Source: Rotaria sordida (lineage: Eukaryota). From it: a stretch of 12,319 nucleotides of DNA. The translations under genes and the position numbers were made by a program. Positions 8,360 through 12,319 of the stretch are shown one piece after another (positions within the stretch are counted from its first letter, which is position 1; the number at the start of each line of letters is the position of its first letter). The stretch spans positions 64,001 through 76,319 of the forward strand of contig CAJNOH010000675.1 in assembly GCA_905250005.1 (NCBI GenBank), read 5' to 3'. A model generated the notes under the pieces. That model was not told the origin of the DNA, searched no databases, and worked only from the letters and a program-made list of their open reading frames with translations.

Positions 8360-8521
8360 TTTGATCACAGATAACCATGTTGATTTACTAGATGAGAATC
8401 CATGTATGAATACTAAACTTGGTTGTCCTACTACTTCGACGCCCTTTTCACAATAACAAAGCTTTGCATTCATATCATCATCCATTGGTAAAAAGTGTTT
8501 CTTAATACCAGCTCGATGCAT
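8360..8521 (-). CDS. ABHD6-like alpha/beta-hydrolase (monoacylglycerol lipase family), first confidently placed coding exon. Start: the ATG at 8521-8519 under the simple model. Encodes MHRAGIKKHFLPMDDDMNAKLCYCEKGVEVVGQPSLVFIHGFSSSKSTWLSVIK. Donor GTTTGT at 8359.
   Basis: Aligns to human ABHD6 GMQVRYVHHEDYQFCYSFRGRPGHKPSILMLHGFSAHKDMWLSMVK. 162 nt = 54 codons, phase 0, feeding the next exon in frame. Confidence 0.7.
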
Positions 8522-8575
8522 ACTGATCCTACGGAACAGATCAATTGTAATCGAATAATATTGAATATTTCTTAC

Positions 8576-8605
8576 TTAGTATAGATTTCAATCGTCCGAC
8601 CTGGC
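8576..8605 (-). CDS. Candidate 30-nt micro-exon (G CCA GGT CGG ACG ATT GAA ATC TAT ACT AA) extending the ABHD6-like gene 5'-ward. With an upstream exon ending ...ACTATCAT at 8663 (donor GTAAGT 8662-8657), it would create a start codon ATG split across a 57 nt intron (AT|G). The protein would begin MPGRTIEIYTKISMHRAG... This is an alternative 5' model.
   Basis: Canonical sites: donor GTAAGT at 8662, acceptor gtttAG at 8607-8606, donor GTAAGA at 8575, acceptor ccgtAG at 8530-8529. Introns of 57 and 47 nt match the local intron size class. The reading frame is preserved into MHRAG. IEIY resembles ABHD6 IRIYYW. There is no AG dinucleotide and no in-frame ATG in the ~50 nt upstream of the 8663 donor. 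Confidence 0.3.
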
Positions 8606-10776
8606 CTAAACAAAATATTTACTAACAGTAATATTGAATTGAGAATATCTACGATAACTTACATGATAGTATGTGTATGAGACGATGAAAACAATTCGAT
8701 ATGATATCAATTTGTTTCCACACGTGAATCAATTAAAATACACAATAATAACGACGTTACGATTCGACGTTGAAACAGTCGTGTTCTATCGATAAATAAT
8801 CAGCATGTGTTGATAGTAAGTCACGTGGTTTGTTATTAGTGTAATGTAATAATATGGGAAGATAAATGTCATGCACCATTTGCTCCGAAGAGAGAGATAG
8901 AATGAAGAGAACGAAAATGAATGATGTTCATATCATTTTAAATTAGCAGAAAATATCAATTGAATCTCAGATAGATTGAAACTTCTATTTGATCGAACAG
9001 AAATTTCGAAGAAGTATAAATTTGGTTGTTACTATTATATTGTTACACGTAACTTTCTCATCTGACGAATACGAAACATGAACGAAAATTGAGCTCGACA
9101 AAAAAAAAAACGTAGTTTTGAGGACGAGTATGATGCTATACTTTTCACCCTGATGAACAGTTTTACATTGAAATAGATAAGGTCTTGAGGCTTTTGAATA
9201 ATGTTAAAGATGAAAATCTTATTTCAAGGAAATTTTCTTGTTCATCGATATGAAATCATTAAGAGGAAAGGAAAAGATTAATTCAATGGATTGACCAGAT
9301 AAAGTTGAAAATTGTTAAACTTGATTATTTAAAAAAATTTTTTTTTTTCGATATCGATCAGACAAAACTAAATTTGATCAATTAGAATGAAAAAAAAACA
9401 CACACAATATTGATTAGAAATAAACAAATGATTTCATTAATTCAGATTAATAGAAAATAGTTTCATCAATATTCATTCTATCAATGATCTGATTCATTTG
9501 AACTTACTCGATAGAGTCATGTTGAATAATTCTAATGATTAATAGATTTCTTAACTGAAAATAAGAAGAAAACTATCTCTTTTAGATAATTAATGAAGAA
9601 CAAGATCATCATTAGTTCAGAAATATCTTCATCTCTTTGTCTTGCACCAATTCGTTTCTCTTTATGAATAAATGTTCTTTGTTAACAATAACAACAAATA
9701 ATTGGTATCAAAATTGATTCAATTTATATCATCAAGGTTCATCAATGAAAAATCAGTCATTGTTCATGTTAGAAACAATCATTTTTCAAATCTTTATTCT
9801 TTTATCATTTGTATTGATTTTTAGTATTTCTTAAATGTTTCATCTTGCTATTTGTATACTGTTCTTTCTTATACCTTCGAGATATACATTTCTGACAACT
9901 TGTTTATAAGTTAGTTAGTAATCTTCTCATTTTTATTGTAACTGAATTACTTACTCTTACTGTAAATATAGGATTCAATCAATTTAATTCATTCATTGAT
10001 GTTTCTCAACGATTAATGAATTTGAGTGTGTTAACATTTATTATTTTAAGATCTCTTTCTATATCTTTTTTCAGTCTTATCCGATATAGTATATACGACT
10101 TTTTTTTGAAGAATGAATATTTATCATCTTTATCTCTATTTGTTGTAATAGACTATGGAAAAGTCTCTTATTGATCTTGTAGAGCTGTTAGGATTGCTAT
10201 TCCAATATTATTCATTTCTGGATTTATAATTAATGAAAAAATTCTTCTATTTAATATGGAAAATGGTTTGGGAATAAAAGATGTGACATTCCGATTCTGG
10301 ATATTACTTTACTTTGTGAAATCAAAACGGTCGACTAGTCGAGTTCTACAGATGCTGATAATTTCACATCAATAGGATAAACTTCACGTCAAGGTAGTCG
10401 AAACATCATGGATATTTTCTGATGTTCTTTTCATAATCAATGAGAAGAACTTTCTTTCCAATCAGAATTAATGTCGCTCAATTCATTTTTACATTCTAAA
10501 GGAAACTTTTCTTTTCAGTAACTATTGATCATTGAATTTAGATCAAATTCAAATCAAAGCGAATGGAAATAGATCAATTGACAATATCTAGCGATGAAAA
10601 TGATGAAATTTTTATTGAGTGAATCTGTGGAGTTTCTACTACTTTTCTGGAAAACTTTTTTTTTCGATTTAAATACTCTAGCTAGACATAACATCATCGA
10701 AAATGATCTCAGATAATAATTACAATCTTTTTGGACATATAAAATGTGGAGAACCAAGTCATTTTTTGAGAACAAC

Positions 10777-10794
10777 ACACACACACACACATAA
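10777..10794. repeat. (CA)8 microsatellite.
   Basis: aacacacacacacacacat seen directly. Confidence 0.9.
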
Positions 10795-11222
10795 AGAGCA
10801 TTCTATAATAGATTGTTAATCATATTTTTCATATTTTTTATTAACATAGAGAGCTACCTAAGGCGACGGAATGCAGTGGTGAAAGTCTTACTGATTTTCT
10901 CCTGTTCGTGCTGTAGCTTCGTCATCATACTTTCTTTGTCTTTATTCCTTTATCAGATTATATCTTTTATTATATCAACACCATGTATCGTACATCGAAT
11001 ACAACAGGTGACGAATATTATCGTTGGTTCTCATCGAACTATGTAAAATATTCTTTATTGATTTGTTGTTGAGTTATCATGATATATTCATAAATAAAAT
11101 ATGATTAAGAAGGGTTCTTGAACGTGCTTGATTAAATTTTCTACCACTATTCACATTTTTTTTTTGTTTTCAATGGGAAAAGTAGTTGTTTGAGATGAAT
11201 AATAAAACCGAATACTGTCAGA

Positions 11223-11443
11223 TTATTGACAAAAAAACCGCCTGTTGTTGGCTTGATTGCTATATTGAAGATCGGTATCATTTTTGAAGTATTTCAAATA
11301 ATATTCATAAATATCTTTTAAATCCGCATGTCCAACTAATGTAAAATTTTTTACAATAGCATTCTTTGCAATGCCACATTGGATCAGTGATTTAAATGTG
11401 TTTAGAGACTTTATAGTAGTATAATTACCAATGATGCCAATAC
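11223..11443 (-). CDS. PGRP (peptidoglycan recognition protein, amidase_2 / T7-lysozyme-like domain), terminal exon: (G)IGIIGNYTTIKSLNTFKSLIQCGIAKNAIVKNFTLVGHADLKDIYEYYLKYFKNDTDLQYSNQANNRRFFCQ-stop. Acceptor ctaaaAG at 11445-11444; TAA at 11225-11223.
   Basis: Aligns with human PGLYRP1 [48 protein letters not shown]...LYHLIQNWPHY. The frame joins the upstream exon in phase 1 (G+GT=Gly). Confidence 0.7.
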
Positions 11444-12183
11444 CTTTTAGAAAATAAAGAAATATCATTCTAAATCTAACAGTACGAACTTAGGAACTAA
11501 TAGAACTATGTATCAAGAACTGCTTGATCGATCGAACTAAATCTTTCATAGCTGCATTCATCAATGAGTTCGATTGGCAAAAAAGGTCTGTAACTGGAAT
11601 GATTCAGGTCTTAATATTTTATGCATCTTATTCATAGAGGTAGAGGTCACTATTCCAGATAACTTTAGATTCCAAGTCTTACGACTCGAAAGAGATAGAG
11701 GTATGAAAGTTTTACTATGGCTAGAACTGATAAAAATTTATCTTTACTAAAAACTTCAGTTTCGTAAATCTTTTCATTGGCTCAAAAAGATCTTGTCACA
11801 AGTGAGTTTTTGATAAAATCAAGACTTCCAGTCGAGGTTAGCTGATGACGCCAAAAAATGTTGCTTCAAATGATTCTTGACGAAATTCCAATGGACAACC
11901 GTAGGCACTTCTCTTTGGAAAAATGGCTTCCTCTCATACACCAACTATAGAGCAATCCAAAATGTATTATTCCGTCTTTGTTTCTATCTTTCTCTGGTCT
12001 ATCAGAATCTCTCGAGTTCTATTGAGATTTCGTAGAAAATTTCTTATCAACGCTAACCACACATATCAAAATTCACCAAATTTTTTATTTATTTTTAAGA
12101 AGACAAAGACAAGACTAAGGTTAAATTGGCACTAAATCTATGGCGCATTGTACTAGAAAGTTAAAAGCAGAATTCATTCTTAC

Positions 12184-12319
12184 CCAAAGACATGAAATTA
12201 TAACCAATACAATGTGCACCAACATATCTCCATCCTCGACCTCTATAAATTTGTTGTTGATCATCATTATCATTACATATGAGAAAATTATAACCAATAT
12301 CAACCCAACCTCGTTCATC
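12184..12319 (-). CDS. PGRP exon, 5'-partial at the window edge: [46 protein letters not shown]. Donor GTAAGA at 12183-12178.
   Basis: Canonical PGRP core G-W-x-D-I-G-Y-N-F-L-I...Y-x-G-R-G-W...G-A-H...N...S-L-G, matching PGLYRP1 [42 protein letters not shown]. The listed 12121..12318 minus-strand ORF is in a different, wrong frame. Confidence 0.75.

Noticed and set aside
8510-8660. Alternative 5' model B for the ABHD6-like gene: one longer exon continuing upstream through ...NIQYYSITIDLFRRISMHRAG, aligned to ABHD6 IRIYYWYWRRTLGM
   Set aside because: Frame-consistent but has no in-frame ATG before an upstream TAA, and it needs a poor acceptor (ctaagtaAG without a pyrimidine tract). Kept only as a possibility. 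The micro-exon model or ATG 8521 is preferred.
10554-11046. 78-aa minus-strand and 77-aa plus-strand ORFs
   Set aside because: Low-complexity, hydrophobic or AT-driven translations (LIIFFIFFINI..., CVCVLFSKN...) spanning a (CA)n microsatellite; no family resemblance. Likely the 3' UTR or flank of the PGRP gene.
11923-12135. 70-aa plus-strand ORF
   Set aside because: Sits inside the ~740-nt PGRP intron on the opposite strand; no recognisable domain.
12121-12318. 65-aa minus-strand ORF ([11 protein letters not shown]...)
   Set aside because: Wrong frame of the PGRP exon. The +1 frame gives the canonical [11 protein letters not shown]...GRGW...GAH...SLG PGRP core and a GTAAGA donor.
1-12319. 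Prokaryotic defence or novel-system island (CRISPR array, restriction-modification, toxin-antitoxin, operon of co-oriented short genes)
   Set aside because: There are no direct-repeat/spacer arrays, Shine-Dalgarno-spaced overlapping ORFs or operon structure. Genes have spliceosomal introns, poly(A) signals, a PTS1 signal and metazoan family membership. The window is eukaryotic.

Overview
This window is eukaryotic, not prokaryotic. It is AT-rich, has canonical GT-AG introns (mostly 53-54 nt, two longer) with GTAAGT-like donors, AATAAA-type signals, (CA)n microsatellites and foldback repeats. I found no CRISPR array, operon structure or prokaryotic defence island, and I am not claiming one.

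Four protein-coding genes are supported by reading the frames against protein families I recognise:
- **GabT-like aminotransferase, + strand (2-1111):** the 3' ~365 codons of an apparently intronless class-III, PLP-dependent aminotransferase of the bacterial GabT type. The 5' end lies outside the window.
- **2-hydroxyacid oxidase, + strand (4608-5780):** an intronless FMN-dependent glycolate oxidase / HAO-family gene ending in the peroxisomal PTS1 tripeptide SKL.
- **ABHD6-like lipase, - strand (7197-8521 or a little further):** a six-exon alpha/beta-hydrolase with a GGSMGG nucleophile elbow and an NCGH histidine motif, separated by 53-209 nt introns.
- **PGRP, - strand (11223-11443 plus 12184-12319):** a peptidoglycan-recognition protein (amidase_2 domain) whose 5' end is outside the window, split by a ~740 nt intron.

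Non-coding structure:
- an ~830 bp foldback (inverted-repeat) element at 1367-2198
- a ~90 bp tandem satellite of about 3.7 copies at 2749-3085
- a ~250 bp near-perfect palindrome at 4087-4339, just upstream of the oxidase promoter
- two (CA)n microsatellites
- an AT-rich, apparently gene-free stretch at 8522-11222 containing short perfect palindromes

The most interesting point is the mix of two intronless metabolic genes, one clearly of bacterial GabT type, beside intron-rich metazoan-type genes (ABHD6-like, PGRP) on one contig. That pattern is typical of horizontally acquired genes in a compact invertebrate genome (bdelloid-rotifer-like), but the sequence alone cannot prove it. All homology statements come from reading the translations against remembered family sequences; no database search was run.
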